From Eubacteriales bacterium (GTDB lineage: Bacteria > Bacillota > Clostridia > Oscillospirales > CAG-272), in assembly GCA_045598385.1 (NCBI GenBank), contig JAZLLY010000016.1, forward strand, positions 68,064-132,063: a stretch of DNA of 64,000 nt, read 5' to 3'. The notes beneath the pieces were generated by a model that saw only the letters and a program-made list of their open reading frames with translations, ran no database searches and was not told where the DNA came from. Of this stretch, positions 16,923 through 27,215 are shown one piece after another; within the stretch, counting starts at the first letter, position 1; the number at the start of each line of letters is the position of its first letter. A program made the position numbers and the translations under genes.

Positions 16923-18353
16923 TTGCTGTTTGCAAATCGGTGTCTGACATTGAATAAACACGCAAAAGCCGCGATTATTCCTATTCCCTCGGCAGATGAT
17001 CTCCGCGCTCAACTCGCCGCCGGCGAGAATGCGGAAATCAGAAATCAGATTTTCGCTCTGCTGGACGAAAATACTTTTATCGAAACAGGTGCCTTTACGA
17101 AAGTCGGTTTTTCCGAATTTCTCGCAACCGATAAAAGCAACGCACTCGAAAGCGTTATCACGGGTTACGGCGCCATGGGCGGAAAACTCGTCTTTGTCTT
17201 CGCGGAAGATATTTCGAGAAACGGAGGCGTGATCGACGAACGTCACGCGAAAAAGATCGCCGATCTTTACCGTCTTGCGTTGAAGAGCGGTTCGCCTGTT
17301 ATCGGCATTTTCAATTCAAAAGGAACTGACATTTACGGCGGTGCCGCTTCCCTTTCCGCTTACGGAAAAATAATGAAGACAGTCGCACAAGCCGGCGGCG
17401 TTATCCCGCAGATCGCTTATATTCCCGGCAATTGTTTCGGCTCGGCTGCCACGATCGGTGCAATGTTTGATTTTGTAATCAAGAATGAGAAAGCCGCGTT
17501 TTACGTGACCTCTCCCGCGCTCAACGACAACAAGATCACAGCGGATCATAACCTTTCTTTCTGCGGGTCTGAAGACAAATGCTACGATTATATCCGCCGA
17601 CTTATTGATTTTCTTCCCTCAAACAGCGCAGAATACAAGGAAATTCAAAACAACGGCGACAGTCTTAACCGCCCCATCGGCGATCTGAAATATCAAGACA
17701 ATCCGTCCGTACTTCTTTCCGCTATCGCCGACAACGGACAGTATTTACCTGTCTGTGAAAAAGAAAACGACGCCGTTATGACTTGCTTTACGGTAATCGG
17801 CGGTGTCCGCTGCGGTGTCGTGATCTCCGATCATAAGAAGAATCAGGGAAAAATCAAAGATTCCGACGCGAAAAAAATAGCAAATTTTGTTGGCTTCTGT
17901 GACAATTTTTCTTTCCCTGTCGTTACTCTCGTTGATTCCGAGGGTGTAGCGAACGATTCGACTGCCGGTACCCTTTCGGAGTTGGCATTCTCTTACGCCA
18001 CGTCCGACATTCCGAAGATCTCGGTCATTACCGGTCACGCTTACGGTGCCGCTTTCGTTCTTCTCGGTTCAAAGGCAATCGGCGCCGACGTTGTCTATGC
18101 TATGGACAATGCGGAAATCGGTGTGCTCAATCCCGAAGCCGGTGTAGCGTTCGCGTGGGAGAAATATATCGAAGATGACGTCACCCGCGATAAACTCGTC
18201 GAGGAATGGAAAGAGAACATCTCTTCCCCCGTTGCGGCGGCTTCCACCGGAGACGTTGACGATATTATCGGCATCAACGAACTTCGCGCAAGACTCTGTT
18301 CCGCTCTTCTGATGCTTACCGCGAACGACGCTGCTTTCGGAGGTCGGTTCTGA
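16923..18353 (+). CDS. Acyl-CoA carboxyltransferase (12S / methylmalonyl-CoA decarboxylase alpha-like), divergent
   Basis: Two crotonase-like halves homologous to PccB/MmdA (VITGYGAMGGKLVFVFAEDIS..., VIGGVRCGVVISDHKK...). TTG start after AAGGAGAG. Several family signature positions are substituted (see findings). Confidence 0.8.
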   Translation: MLFANRCLTLNKHAKAAIIPIPSADDLRAQLAAGENAEIRNQIFALLDENTFIETGAFTKVGFSEFLATDKSNALESVITGYGAMGGKLVFVFAEDISRNGGVIDERHAKKIADLYRLALKSGSPVIGIFNSKGTDIYGGAASLSAYGKIMKTVAQAGGVIPQIAYIPGNCFGSAATIGAMFDFVIKNEKAAFYVTSPALNDNKITADHNLSFCGSEDKCYDYIRRLIDFLPSNSAEYKEIQNNGDSLNRPIGDLKYQDNPSVLLSAIADNGQYLPVCEKENDAVMTCFTVIGGVRCGVVISDHKKNQGKIKDSDAKKIANFVGFCDNFSFPVVTLVDSEGVANDSTAGTLSELAFSYATSDIPKISVITGHAYGAAFVLLGSKAIGADVVYAMDNAEIGVLNPEAGVAFAWEKYIEDDVTRDKLVEEWKENISSPVAAASTGDVDDIIGINELRARLCSALLMLTANDAAFGGRF

Positions 18354-18706
18354 TGTTATCATTCCTTATAATCGACGCCGGCTCATACTCCGATAAAATC
18401 ATCAAGACCGAGGGCTTTCTTCCTACGCTCGAATTCGGTCTGCAAATGCTTTTGATCGGAATGGGTACCGTCTTTGCGTCGCTTGCGCTTCTCTGGGGTT
18501 GTCTTTCGATTTTCAAGATCGTCTTTTACGATATGAAAAACAAAAAGGCAAAACCGGACGCAATCCCCGCACCTATTGCCGAAACGATCCAATCCGATTC
18601 ATCGGATGACGAAGAGATCGTTGCTGTCATCGCCGCCGCTATTGCCGCCGCGCAAAGTGAAAATCCCACGCTGAAATTCCGCGTCGTAGCGTTCAACAGA
18701 AAATAA
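18353..18706 (+). CDS. OadG-family small membrane subunit of a Na+-translocating decarboxylase
   Basis: Single TM (LLIGMGTVFASLALLW) plus an acidic/Ala-rich tail (DDEEIVAVIAAAIAAA). The start overlaps the upstream stop (ATGA-type). Confidence 0.8.
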   Translation: MLSFLIIDAGSYSDKIIKTEGFLPTLEFGLQMLLIGMGTVFASLALLWGCLSIFKIVFYDMKNKKAKPDAIPAPIAETIQSDSSDDEEIVAVIAAAIAAAQSENPTLKFRVVAFNRK

Positions 18707-18727
18707 ACCATAGAAAGAGGTTTTATC

Positions 18728-19078
18728 ATGAAAAAATACAACATCACCGTCAACGGAAATACGTATGAAGTCGAAGTGGAAGAAGTCAGCGCGGAAAGTT
18801 CCGCTCCCGCAGCTGCTCCTACGGAAAAGAAAGAAGCGCCCAAAAAATCCGCGGCAAAAGTCAGCGGTACTCCCATCACCGCTCCTATGCCCGGAACGAT
18901 CCTGAACGTTAAAGCCGCCGTCGGTCAGAAAGTGAAAAAAGGCGACGTTCTCTGCGTTCTTGAAGCTATGAAAATGGAAAACGATATTCCCGCCCTCTGT
19001 GACGGTACCGTTACTTCCGTGAATGCCGCAAAAGGTGCATCCGTGGCTTCCGGTGACGTTCTCTTTACCATCGGCTGA
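18728..19078 (+). CDS. Biotin carboxyl carrier subunit (1.3S-like)
   Basis: Biotinyl-lysine motif (EAMKMEN), an Ala/Pro-rich linker and a length of 116 aa. Confidence 0.9.
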   Translation: MKKYNITVNGNTYEVEVEEVSAESSAPAAAPTEKKEAPKKSAAKVSGTPITAPMPGTILNVKAAVGQKVKKGDVLCVLEAMKMENDIPALCDGTVTSVNAAKGASVASGDVLFTIG

Positions 19079-19092
19079 TAAGGAATTACACG

Positions 19093-20334
19093 ATGGATGC
19101 CATAATAAACTTTTTACAATCAACGGGAATATATCAACTGTTCTCGCAGAGCAACTGGTGGCAATATCTCGTGATGTACGTCATCATCGGACTGTTGTTC
19201 TACCTTGCTATCGTCAAAAAATTCGAGCCATTGCTCCTCCTGCCGATCGCTTTCGGTATGCTGCTGACGAATCTTCCCGGTGCTGAACTGATGCACACGG
19301 AATACTTCTTTGACCAGTACTATAAAGACACATACGCAGAACTTTGGGCTGCCGGAACGATTCAGCATAACGGTCACGTCCTTCTCGGCACGGTCGTTTC
19401 CGAAGTATTCAGCAATGGAGGTCTTCTCGATATTCTGTATCTGGGTGTTAAACTCGGCATCTATCCCTCGCTGATTTTCCTCGGCGTAGGTGCCATGACG
19501 GATTTTTCGCCCCTGATCTCCAACCCTAAATCCCTCCTTATGGGTGCCGGCGCACAGTTCGGTGTATTTGCCGCGTTCTTCTTCGCTCTGTTTCTCGGTT
19601 TTACCCCCATGCAGGCGGGCGCGATCGGCATCATCGGCGGTGCTGACGGTCCTACCGCCATACTCGTCACCAAGACGCTGGCGCCTGAACTTCTCGGTGC
19701 CATTGCCATTGCCGCTTATTCCTATATGGCGCTGATTCCGATCATTCAACCGCCTTTCATGAAACTTTTAACGACGGAAAAAGAACGCGCGATCCGTATG
19801 ACGAATCTGCGTCCCGTTTCGCAAACTGAAAAAGTCCTTTTCCCGATCGTCGTTACCGTTCTTGTCGTGATGATCGTTCCCGACGCCGCGCCGCTCGTCG
19901 GATTCCTGATGCTCGGTAATCTCTTCAATGTCTGCGGTGTCACCGACAGACTCTCGAAGACGTCTCAAAACGAACTCATCAATATCGTCACGATCTTTCT
20001 CGGCATCTCCGTTGGAGCTACCGCAAACGCGGAGAATTTTCTGTCAACGCAGACGCTCTTCATCATCGGTCTCGGACTTGCGGCATTCTGTCTCTCCACC
20101 GTCGGCGGTCTGCTCGTCGGTAAACTTATGTGTAAACTGACCGGCGGAAAGATCAATCCTCTGATCGGTTCCGCAGGTGTTTCCGCCGTTCCCATGGCTG
20201 CGAGAGTATCGCAGGATGTCGGAAGAAAGACGGACCCCACAAACTTCCTCTTGATGCACGCCATGGGTCCGAACGTCGCCGGGGTTATCGGGTCAGCCGT
20301 CGCCGCCGGAGTATTTTTAAGTTTCTTTGCTTAA
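19093..20334 (+). CDS. Sodium ion-translocating decarboxylase beta subunit (OadB/MmdB/GcdB family)
   Basis: A 413-aa polytopic membrane protein with the family-typical segments (GADGPTAI, GSAGVSAVPMAARV). Confidence 0.9.
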   Translation: MDAIINFLQSTGIYQLFSQSNWWQYLVMYVIIGLLFYLAIVKKFEPLLLLPIAFGMLLTNLPGAELMHTEYFFDQYYKDTYAELWAAGTIQHNGHVLLGTVVSEVFSNGGLLDILYLGVKLGIYPSLIFLGVGAMTDFSPLISNPKSLLMGAGAQFGVFAAFFFALFLGFTPMQAGAIGIIGGADGPTAILVTKTLAPELLGAIAIAAYSYMALIPIIQPPFMKLLTTEKERAIRMTNLRPVSQTEKVLFPIVVTVLVVMIVPDAAPLVGFLMLGNLFNVCGVTDRLSKTSQNELINIVTIFLGISVGATANAENFLSTQTLFIIGLGLAAFCLSTVGGLLVGKLMCKLTGGKINPLIGSAGVSAVPMAARVSQDVGRKTDPTNFLLMHAMGPNVAGVIGSAVAAGVFLSFFA

Positions 20335-20349
20335 CAGAAAGGACAAATC

Positions 20350-21750
20350 ATGTCAAAATTGCTTATTACCGAAACCGTACTGCGTGACGCGCATCAGTCT
20401 CTTGCCGCGACACGTATGACAACGGAAGAGATGATTCCGATCCTGGAAGATATGGATAAGGTCGGGTATTATTCCCTTGAAGCATGGGGCGGTGCAACCT
20501 TTGATTCCTGCCTGCGTTTTCTTCATGAAGATCCCTGGGACCGACTTCGTACCATCAGAGACCACGTCAAAAATACGAAACTCCAAATGCTCTTCCGCGG
20601 ACAGAATATCCTCGGCTACCGCCATTATGCCGACGACGTCGTCCAATACTTCGTACAAAAATCCATTGCGAACGGCATTGATATCATCCGTATTTTCGAC
20701 GCGCTGAACGATCCGCGCAACCTTGAAACGGCGATCAAAGCCACGATCAAAGAGGGCGGACACGTACAGGCGGCCATCTCCTACACGACTTCTCCTTTTC
20801 ACACCAACGAGGGTTTTGCCGCATACGCAAAGCAACTCGAAGAAATGGGTGCGAATTCCATCTGCATCAAGGATATGTCAGGTCTTCTGAAACCTTACGA
20901 AGCATATCAGCTCGTCAAAGCGATCAAGAGTGAAGTCAAGATTCCCGTTCAATTACATACGCACTACACCGCCGGTCTCGCATCCATGACGCTTCTCAAA
21001 GCGATCGAAGCCGGAGTGGACGGTGTGGATACCGCCATTTCGCCTCTTGCCATGGGTACTTCCCATACGCCGACGGAATCTCTCGTTGCCGTTCTTCAGG
21101 GTACTCCCTACGACACCGGTCTTTCTCTCGAAAAGCTCGACGTCGTCGCAAAATACTTTACCACGATCCGCGAAAAATATCTCGCAAGCGGTCTGATCGA
21201 TCCTAAAGTCCTGAAAGTTGACGTCAACGCCCTCCGGTATCAGGTCCCGGGCGGTATGCTTTCCAACCTCATTTCGCAGTTGAAGCTCGCGGGAAAATCC
21301 GACAAGCTCGGCGAAGTGCTCGAAGAAGTCGCAAACGTACGTGCCGATGCCGGTTTTCCTCCCCTCGTAACGCCTTCTTCACAGATCGTCGGTACCCAGG
21401 CGGTCAACAACGTCCTTTTCGCCTCCGAGGGAAGATATTCCCACGTTACCAAAGAATTCAAAGGACTTATTCGCGGTGAGTACGGCAAAACACCCGCACC
21501 CGTCGCCGAAGATTTCCGCAAAAAGATCATCGGTGACGATCCCGTCATTGACTACCGTCCCGCTGACAAGATCGCCCCGGAACTGGAATCCCTCAAGAAG
21601 CGCGTCGCTCCTTACGAAGAGCAGGAAGAAGATCTCCTTTCCCTTGCTCTCTTCGAAACCGTCGCCGTTAAATTCTTTGAGTGGAGAAAACAGCAAAAAT
21701 ACGGCCTTGACGCCAATGCCGATCCCGAAAATGGCGTTCATCCCGCATAA
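20350..21750 (+). CDS. Oxaloacetate decarboxylase alpha / transcarboxylase 5S-type carboxyltransferase, with no fused biotin domain
   Basis: TIM-barrel HMGL-like domain (ITETVLRDAHQS, IKDMSGLL, HTHYTAGLA) plus a PYC_OADA C-terminal domain. The protein ends without an AMKM domain. Confidence 0.9.
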   Translation: MSKLLITETVLRDAHQSLAATRMTTEEMIPILEDMDKVGYYSLEAWGGATFDSCLRFLHEDPWDRLRTIRDHVKNTKLQMLFRGQNILGYRHYADDVVQYFVQKSIANGIDIIRIFDALNDPRNLETAIKATIKEGGHVQAAISYTTSPFHTNEGFAAYAKQLEEMGANSICIKDMSGLLKPYEAYQLVKAIKSEVKIPVQLHTHYTAGLASMTLLKAIEAGVDGVDTAISPLAMGTSHTPTESLVAVLQGTPYDTGLSLEKLDVVAKYFTTIREKYLASGLIDPKVLKVDVNALRYQVPGGMLSNLISQLKLAGKSDKLGEVLEEVANVRADAGFPPLVTPSSQIVGTQAVNNVLFASEGRYSHVTKEFKGLIRGEYGKTPAPVAEDFRKKIIGDDPVIDYRPADKIAPELESLKKRVAPYEEQEEDLLSLALFETVAVKFFEWRKQQKYGLDANADPENGVHPA

Positions 21751-21829
21751 CATCCGCTTCATAACAGGTCAATAACGAGCATATCAGATACACTTGTGTG
21801 CCGGTAAAGATCTCGCTCATAACAAAAAA

Positions 21830-21859
21830 GACAAGAGCAAAACGCTCTTGTCTTTTTTT
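21830..21859. terminator. Bidirectional terminator between the decarboxylase operon and ftsH
   Basis: GACAAGAGC-AAAAC-GCTCTTGTC hairpin with an A-run upstream and T7 downstream. Confidence 0.7.
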
Positions 21860-21872
21860 ACACTTGGATTCA

Positions 21873-23918
21873 TCAGGAATTGTTACGGAAGAAGTCGTTC
21901 AAAAAATCGCCGTTATTTCCGAAAGGATCATTTTGATCGTTACGGTTTTCTTTTTCCGCCTCTTCCCTGGCTTTTGCTTCGGCCTCGGCTTTTGCGTTGT
22001 TTTCATGCGCGACTTTGTTTTCGTCATCGCTGTTTTTCTTCTTGTTATCGGCGATGGCTTCAATCTCTTCCATCGTCGGATTTTCACTTGCCATAGCCGC
22101 CTCAAACTGTTCGCCGTCCATGGATTCGTGTTTCAGAAGAAATTCGGCGACAAAATGAAGTTTATCGACGTGTTGTGACAACAGTTCCTTACCTTTTTCG
22201 TAACAACAGGTAATCAGATCGTGGATCTCTTCGTCGATCAGCGCCGCCGTCTTTTCGGAATAATTCTGCCCGGAAGAGAAATCACGTCCGAGGAAGACTT
22301 CGTCATCGGAATGTTCCGATCCGTAAAGAATGGTTCCGAGCTTCTCGCTCATACCGTATCTCGTGATCATATTTCTCGCGGTGGAGGTTGCTTTCTGAAT
22401 ATCGCTGGAAGCACCGGTTGACATATCCCCGATGATCATTTCTTCCGCGATCCTGCCGCCGAGGCACATGGTGATCTCGTCGATCATCTGATTTTTGGAG
22501 ATAACGACGTGATCCTTTACGGGGGGATTTACGGTCACGCCGCCGGCGTTTCCGGCGGGAACGATCGTTATATGCTTGACGGGATCAGCGTGAGGCAGGC
22601 AGAACGCGAGAACGGCGTGACCTGCCTCATGGTACGCGACAAGTCTGTTGTCCTCATTGGTTCTGTGATTGACTTTCTTCTGCGGTCCGAGGAGCATTTT
22701 GAGATACGATTCGTCGATTTCATCCATACCGATAAGGGCTTTTCCCTTTTTTGCGGCACGGATGGCTGCTTCATTGAGAAGATTGGCAAGATCGGCACCG
22801 GTGAAACCGATCGTGGATTGTGCGATACGCTTGAAATCCACCGTGGCTTCGAGCGGTTTATTTCTCGAATGGACGCGGAGGATATCCTCACGTCCCTGGA
22901 TATCGGGATAACCGACCGTAACGCGACGGTCAAAACGACCGGGGCGCAAAAGTGCGGGATCGAGAATATCGGGGCGGTTCGTCGCCGCAAGAACGATAAC
23001 ACCGGACTGCGTTCCGAATCCGTCCATCTCGACGAGCAACTGGTTCAGCGTCTGTTCTCTCTCGTCATGACCACCGCCGAGACCGGCACCTCTGTGACGG
23101 CCGACCGCATCAATCTCATCAATGAAAATGATACTTGCGGGAACACGTCTGGCGCTGTCAAAAAGATCTCTGACACGCGATGCGCCGACACCGACATACA
23201 TCTCAACAAAATCCGAACCGGAAATGGAAAAGAACGGAACTCCCGCTTCCCCCGCAACCGCCTTGGCAAGCAGAGTTTTACCGGTACCCGGAGGGCCTAC
23301 GAGAAGAACGCCGCGCGGGATCCTGGCGCCGAGCTTTGTGAATTTCGTGGGATCCTTCAGAAATTCAACAACTTCCTCGAGCTCCGCTTTTTCCTCATCC
23401 GCACCGGCAACGTCGGCGAATTTGACGGGATTTTTATCATTGTAGATAACTTTTGCCTTGGATTTGGAGAAACTGCCGATCTTGCCGACGCCGCCGTTCG
23501 AGGAACGAACGACGAAGAACCAAAGACCGACAAACGCCAAAAACATCAGGATATAAGGAAGATACAGCTGTACCCACGAAGACTGCGCCGCTTTGTAATT
23601 GTACGTTTCGATTTTGGAATCTTTTTTTTGCGCATATTCATTGATTTGTTCCAACTGGAAAGAATAGCTGAGCTGATAAGAATCCAATACGGTTTTCGTA
23701 TCATCGTAACCGTTATCGTTACGAGCGTAATGCTTGACGGTAAGTTTGAGATTGTCGTCGATATTGAACTCTGTTACGACGTTGTCGTCAAAATAGGAAA
23801 TCAGTTCGCTATAGGAAATCTCTGCTTTTTTCGTGCTGTTATTCAATAATGAGACGGCACCTATCACAAGAAAAACGATGAGAACAAGTGACAGAATACC
23901 TCTTAAATTTACCTTCAT
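21873..23918 (-). CDS. ftsH: ATP-dependent zinc metalloprotease FtsH
   Basis: Two TM segments, an AAA module ([18 protein letters not shown]), an HEAGH zinc site and a charged C-terminal tail. Confidence 0.97.
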   Translation of the reverse strand: MKVNLRGILSLVLIVFLVIGAVSLLNNSTKKAEISYSELISYFDDNVVTEFNIDDNLKLTVKHYARNDNGYDDTKTVLDSYQLSYSFQLEQINEYAQKKDSKIETYNYKAAQSSWVQLYLPYILMFLAFVGLWFFVVRSSNGGVGKIGSFSKSKAKVIYNDKNPVKFADVAGADEEKAELEEVVEFLKDPTKFTKLGARIPRGVLLVGPPGTGKTLLAKAVAGEAGVPFFSISGSDFVEMYVGVGASRVRDLFDSARRVPASIIFIDEIDAVGRHRGAGLGGGHDEREQTLNQLLVEMDGFGTQSGVIVLAATNRPDILDPALLRPGRFDRRVTVGYPDIQGREDILRVHSRNKPLEATVDFKRIAQSTIGFTGADLANLLNEAAIRAAKKGKALIGMDEIDESYLKMLLGPQKKVNHRTNEDNRLVAYHEAGHAVLAFCLPHADPVKHITIVPAGNAGGVTVNPPVKDHVVISKNQMIDEITMCLGGRIAEEMIIGDMSTGASSDIQKATSTARNMITRYGMSEKLGTILYGSEHSDDEVFLGRDFSSGQNYSEKTAALIDEEIHDLITCCYEKGKELLSQHVDKLHFVAEFLLKHESMDGEQFEAAMASENPTMEEIEAIADNKKKNSDDENKVAHENNAKAEAEAKAREEAEKENRNDQNDPFGNNGDFLNDFFRNNS

Positions 23919-23925
23919 GGATACA

Positions 23926-25377
23926 TTATGCCTTTCTGATTAGCGTTTCGATATCGGGATTGCGAAAACCGAAAAATAAATACGGTCCACTCCCCGCCAT
24001 TTCCCCGTCGTCCCGCACGCCGAAGCCGGGAAGCCAGAGAACACCGTTCCCGTCCGAAAGAACGGGGAGAACACGGCGCAAAGGGAGAGAAACTTTTTTA
24101 TCATTCAGTAACTTTTTGACTTTATGTGTCATGCCGCCGTAACGGTAAGCGTCACCGTCACACCGGGAACGGACAGTCAGTTTATCATTAAGTATAGCAG
24201 ATGAGAGGTCTTTTTTTGTTGCATATTTGTAAACATTGGATGAAAGGAGGACGTCCACGGCATTTTCGTCATAAGAAAGAAAGAAACCGTAACCGTACTC
24301 TTCGATTTTTAACCAGGAATCCGGTTTAATAGAATAAGCAAAATCCGTAGGTTCTACGGTGTCATTGCTTCGGCAAAAAGCGTAACGTCCGTCGAAAACA
24401 AACAGGATATTTCCCGGTAAAGATTGAGAAAACGGCTCTTTTTTTTCGGCAGAAAAAGTGATTGCCGATAAGTGATCATACTCGGGAACTGTCACTGTCA
24501 ATGCGTTTGCCATCCGAAGAACGACACGCGTCATCACCGCAGGATGAAGGGATAAAAATACGTCTTTCGGTATGCGAAGATCCGAATAACGATCCGTGAT
24601 CTTCTGTGCTTCGAGATCAAGATATTCCGCATCGAGCGCGAGATTGCGCGACATACGCAAAACGGCTCTTTCGGGATCGGGCGTGATTTCCCGCAGAGCG
24701 GGAACGACGTGACGTCGGATATAGTTTCTCGAATAAAGGTCGGATTCATTCGTAGAGTCAAAAACAAATGGAATCTCGTGCGAAAGACAAAAACGCGTGA
24801 TTTCGTCTTTGGAAAAAGGCAATAAAGGATGCAGACGGTTTCCCGATATCGGCAAAATACCGCAAAGACCGCGCGTTCCGGTCCCGCGCATTAAGTGGAA
24901 AACGACAGTCTCAAGATGATCACTGCCATGATGAGCGGTGACAACGTATGAAAAACCGTTATTTTCGGCGATGACCTCGTCGAAGACGCGGTATCTTTCG
25001 TTTCTCGCCGTTTCTTCCAGTCCTTTTTTCGCTTTTTTCGCAAGAGCGGGAACGTCTGTCTTTTTCAGAACGAAAGGAACCTGTAAAGATTCACAGAGAT
25101 CACGGCAAAATGCGGCGTCTGCATCGGCTTCCCCGCCTCGGATACCGTGATGTACGTGAACGGCGATCAAAGGAAAATCCGCACGGTATTTCCGACGGTA
25201 GGAAAGTAGCATCAAAAGAAGAAATACCGAATCGGCTCCGCCGGATAAAGCGACGACTGTACCGTCAGAAAAACGGTCCGCGATCCCGGTTTCCCATGCG
25301 AAGGAAGAAAATCTGTCGAGAAAGACGGACGCTTCCCCGTTTCCGGAAAACGCATCAAGCGTGGTCGTCAAATCCAT
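23926..25377 (-). CDS. tilS: tRNA(Ile)-lysidine synthase TilS
   Basis: PP-loop (SGGADS), TilS substrate-binding domains and a C-terminal domain. I prefer the start at MDLTTT (25377), which overlaps the dnaB 3' end by 23 nt. The track ORF starts at 25464. Confidence 0.85.
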   Translation of the reverse strand: MDLTTTLDAFSGNGEASVFLDRFSSFAWETGIADRFSDGTVVALSGGADSVFLLLMLLSYRRKYRADFPLIAVHVHHGIRGGEADADAAFCRDLCESLQVPFVLKKTDVPALAKKAKKGLEETARNERYRVFDEVIAENNGFSYVVTAHHGSDHLETVVFHLMRGTGTRGLCGILPISGNRLHPLLPFSKDEITRFCLSHEIPFVFDSTNESDLYSRNYIRRHVVPALREITPDPERAVLRMSRNLALDAEYLDLEAQKITDRYSDLRIPKDVFLSLHPAVMTRVVLRMANALTVTVPEYDHLSAITFSAEKKEPFSQSLPGNILFVFDGRYAFCRSNDTVEPTDFAYSIKPDSWLKIEEYGYGFFLSYDENAVDVLLSSNVYKYATKKDLSSAILNDKLTVRSRCDGDAYRYGGMTHKVKKLLNDKKVSLPLRRVLPVLSDGNGVLWLPGFGVRDDGEMAGSGPYLFFGFRNPDIETLIRKA

Positions 25378-26749
25378 GATTATCCTCGATGGTGCGGAAT
25401 TTCGTATATTGTCCGATCCACGCCATGTCGATATCTTTGAGCATACCGTGTCGGTTCTTGGCAATGATGACCTTCGCTTTATTGAGAGCGTCGGTAGCGG
25501 CTGGTTTTTCTGCCTCTGTCTCGTTCTGGTTCTTGCCTTTCATTTTATCGTAATACTCATCCCGGTAAAGGAACATAACGATATCCGCGTCCTGCTCGAT
25601 AGAACCGGAATCACGAAGATCCGCGAGGTTCGGACGCCTGTCGGAGGCGGTCCTGGATTCGGTCGCACGGTTCAACTGTGCGCAGACAATGAAAGGAACG
25701 CCGAGTTCTTTCGCGATGATTTTCAGATTTCTGGAGATCTCGCCGACCTGTACGGCACGGTTATCGGATTTTGCGGTCGATTCCATCAGACCGAGATAAT
25801 CGACGATAACGAGTCCGAGGTTATTCAGGCGGCGGAGTTTGGATTTCATCTGCACCGTCGTCATAGCGGACGTGTCGTCAATATAAATATTACATCCTGA
25901 CAATTCGGTAATACGGCTCGCGATGTTTTCCCAATGTTCGGGCTTCAGCTGACCGGTCCTGAGAATATTGGAATCAATCATCGCTTCGCTCGAAAGAATA
26001 CGTGTAACGAGTTGTTCGCATGACATTTCAAGCGAAAAGATTGCCACGGATTTTCCCGAAGATTTTGCGATATTTGTTCCTATATTCAAAGCGAATGCGG
26101 TTTTTCCCATACCGGGACGGGCACCGACAATCACGAGATCACCGGGGGAAAGTTCGACGAGAACACGGTCGATCTCGGAAAAACCGGTCTTGACCGTCTT
26201 GGGATTTCTGCCCTTTTGTTCGTACTTCTCTTCGAGTTGTGCGTAAACGCTGTGTAAAATCTCGCGGATATGTTTGAAGTCCCGGGACTCTTTGTTTCTC
26301 GAAAGATTGTAAATACGCTGTTCGGCGTTATCGAGAATCACGGAAGCCGGTTCGGACTCATTATACGCTTCTTTGTTGATATCGTCACAAATCCCGATCA
26401 GATGCCGCAACGTTGACTTTTCTTTTACGATAGTCGCATAATCCTTGATATTCGCCGCAGACGGAACGGACTGCGAGATAAGGGATATATACTGGATGCC
26501 CGCCGCTTCGTCTTTATCGCCCTGCTCGACAAGCGCGTTGACGAGAGTTACGGGATCGATCGCCTTGTCGCTCGCGTACATAGAGACGAGCGCCGTATAG
26601 ATATGCTTGTGTTCGGGAAGATAAAAATCGTCAGCCGAAAGCATAGCACCGACCTTTTCGTATGAATCGGGGCGAATAATGAGAGAACCGAGCACCGCCT
26701 GCTCCGCTTCAATGGAGACGGGCATTTGTTTAAGGATCGTATCGTCCAT
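25355..26749 (-). CDS. dnaB: Replicative DNA helicase DnaB (DnaC in B. subtilis nomenclature)
   Basis: DnaB N-terminal domain and a RecA-like C-terminal domain (GARPGMGKTAF, IVDYLGLM, QLNR). Confidence 0.97.
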   Translation of the reverse strand: MDDTILKQMPVSIEAEQAVLGSLIIRPDSYEKVGAMLSADDFYLPEHKHIYTALVSMYASDKAIDPVTLVNALVEQGDKDEAAGIQYISLISQSVPSAANIKDYATIVKEKSTLRHLIGICDDINKEAYNESEPASVILDNAEQRIYNLSRNKESRDFKHIREILHSVYAQLEEKYEQKGRNPKTVKTGFSEIDRVLVELSPGDLVIVGARPGMGKTAFALNIGTNIAKSSGKSVAIFSLEMSCEQLVTRILSSEAMIDSNILRTGQLKPEHWENIASRITELSGCNIYIDDTSAMTTVQMKSKLRRLNNLGLVIVDYLGLMESTAKSDNRAVQVGEISRNLKIIAKELGVPFIVCAQLNRATESRTASDRRPNLADLRDSGSIEQDADIVMFLYRDEYYDKMKGKNQNETEAEKPAATDALNKAKVIIAKNRHGMLKDIDMAWIGQYTKFRTIEDNHGFDDHA

Positions 26750-26760
26750 CTTGACTCCTT

Positions 26761-27204
26761 TTATTCCTGTACCGTGACGAAAAACTTCGCAATGATGTCG
26801 GTCTGAAGTTTATACTCCGTTTCAAACTTTCCGTAAGCGCGGATGGATTCGTCGAGAAGGATCTTTCTTTTGTCAATCACATCACCGATGGCTTTCTGCA
26901 ATTCTTCGGCGATATCTTTGGTGGTTACGGAGCCGTAAAGTCTTCCGTCTGCGCCGTGTCCCATGTGGATCACGATTTCACGACCGTTGATTTTGGAAGC
27001 CAGCGCCAACGCTGCCTTTCTCTCCTCTTCGATCCTGTATTGTCTGGCTTCCTCGCGGCTTTTGAGTTCGCTTTGTGCCTTTGCGTCAGCGAGAACGGCT
27101 TTTTTCTGAGGTAACAGGAAATTTCTCGCGTATCCGTCGGATACGTCGATCACCTGGTCTTTTTTCCCCTGTCCTTTAACGTCACAAATCAGAATTACTT
27201 TCAT
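26761..27204 (-). CDS. rplI: 50S ribosomal protein L9
   Basis: MKVILICDVKGQGKKDQVIDVSDGYARNFLLPQKKA is the typical L9 N-terminus. Length 147 aa. Confidence 0.97.
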   Translation of the reverse strand: MKVILICDVKGQGKKDQVIDVSDGYARNFLLPQKKAVLADAKAQSELKSREEARQYRIEEERKAALALASKINGREIVIHMGHGADGRLYGSVTTKDIAEELQKAIGDVIDKRKILLDESIRAYGKFETEYKLQTDIIAKFFVTVQE

Positions 27205-27215
27205 ATTTGCCTCAC

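Noticed and set aside
25355-25377. The 23-nt overlap between the dnaB 3' end and the preferred tilS start, as a possible recoding signal.
   Set aside because: Short out-of-frame overlaps are common in compact operons. The longer alternative start (25464) would overlap even more and adds a non-conserved N-terminus. Nothing suggests frameshifting.
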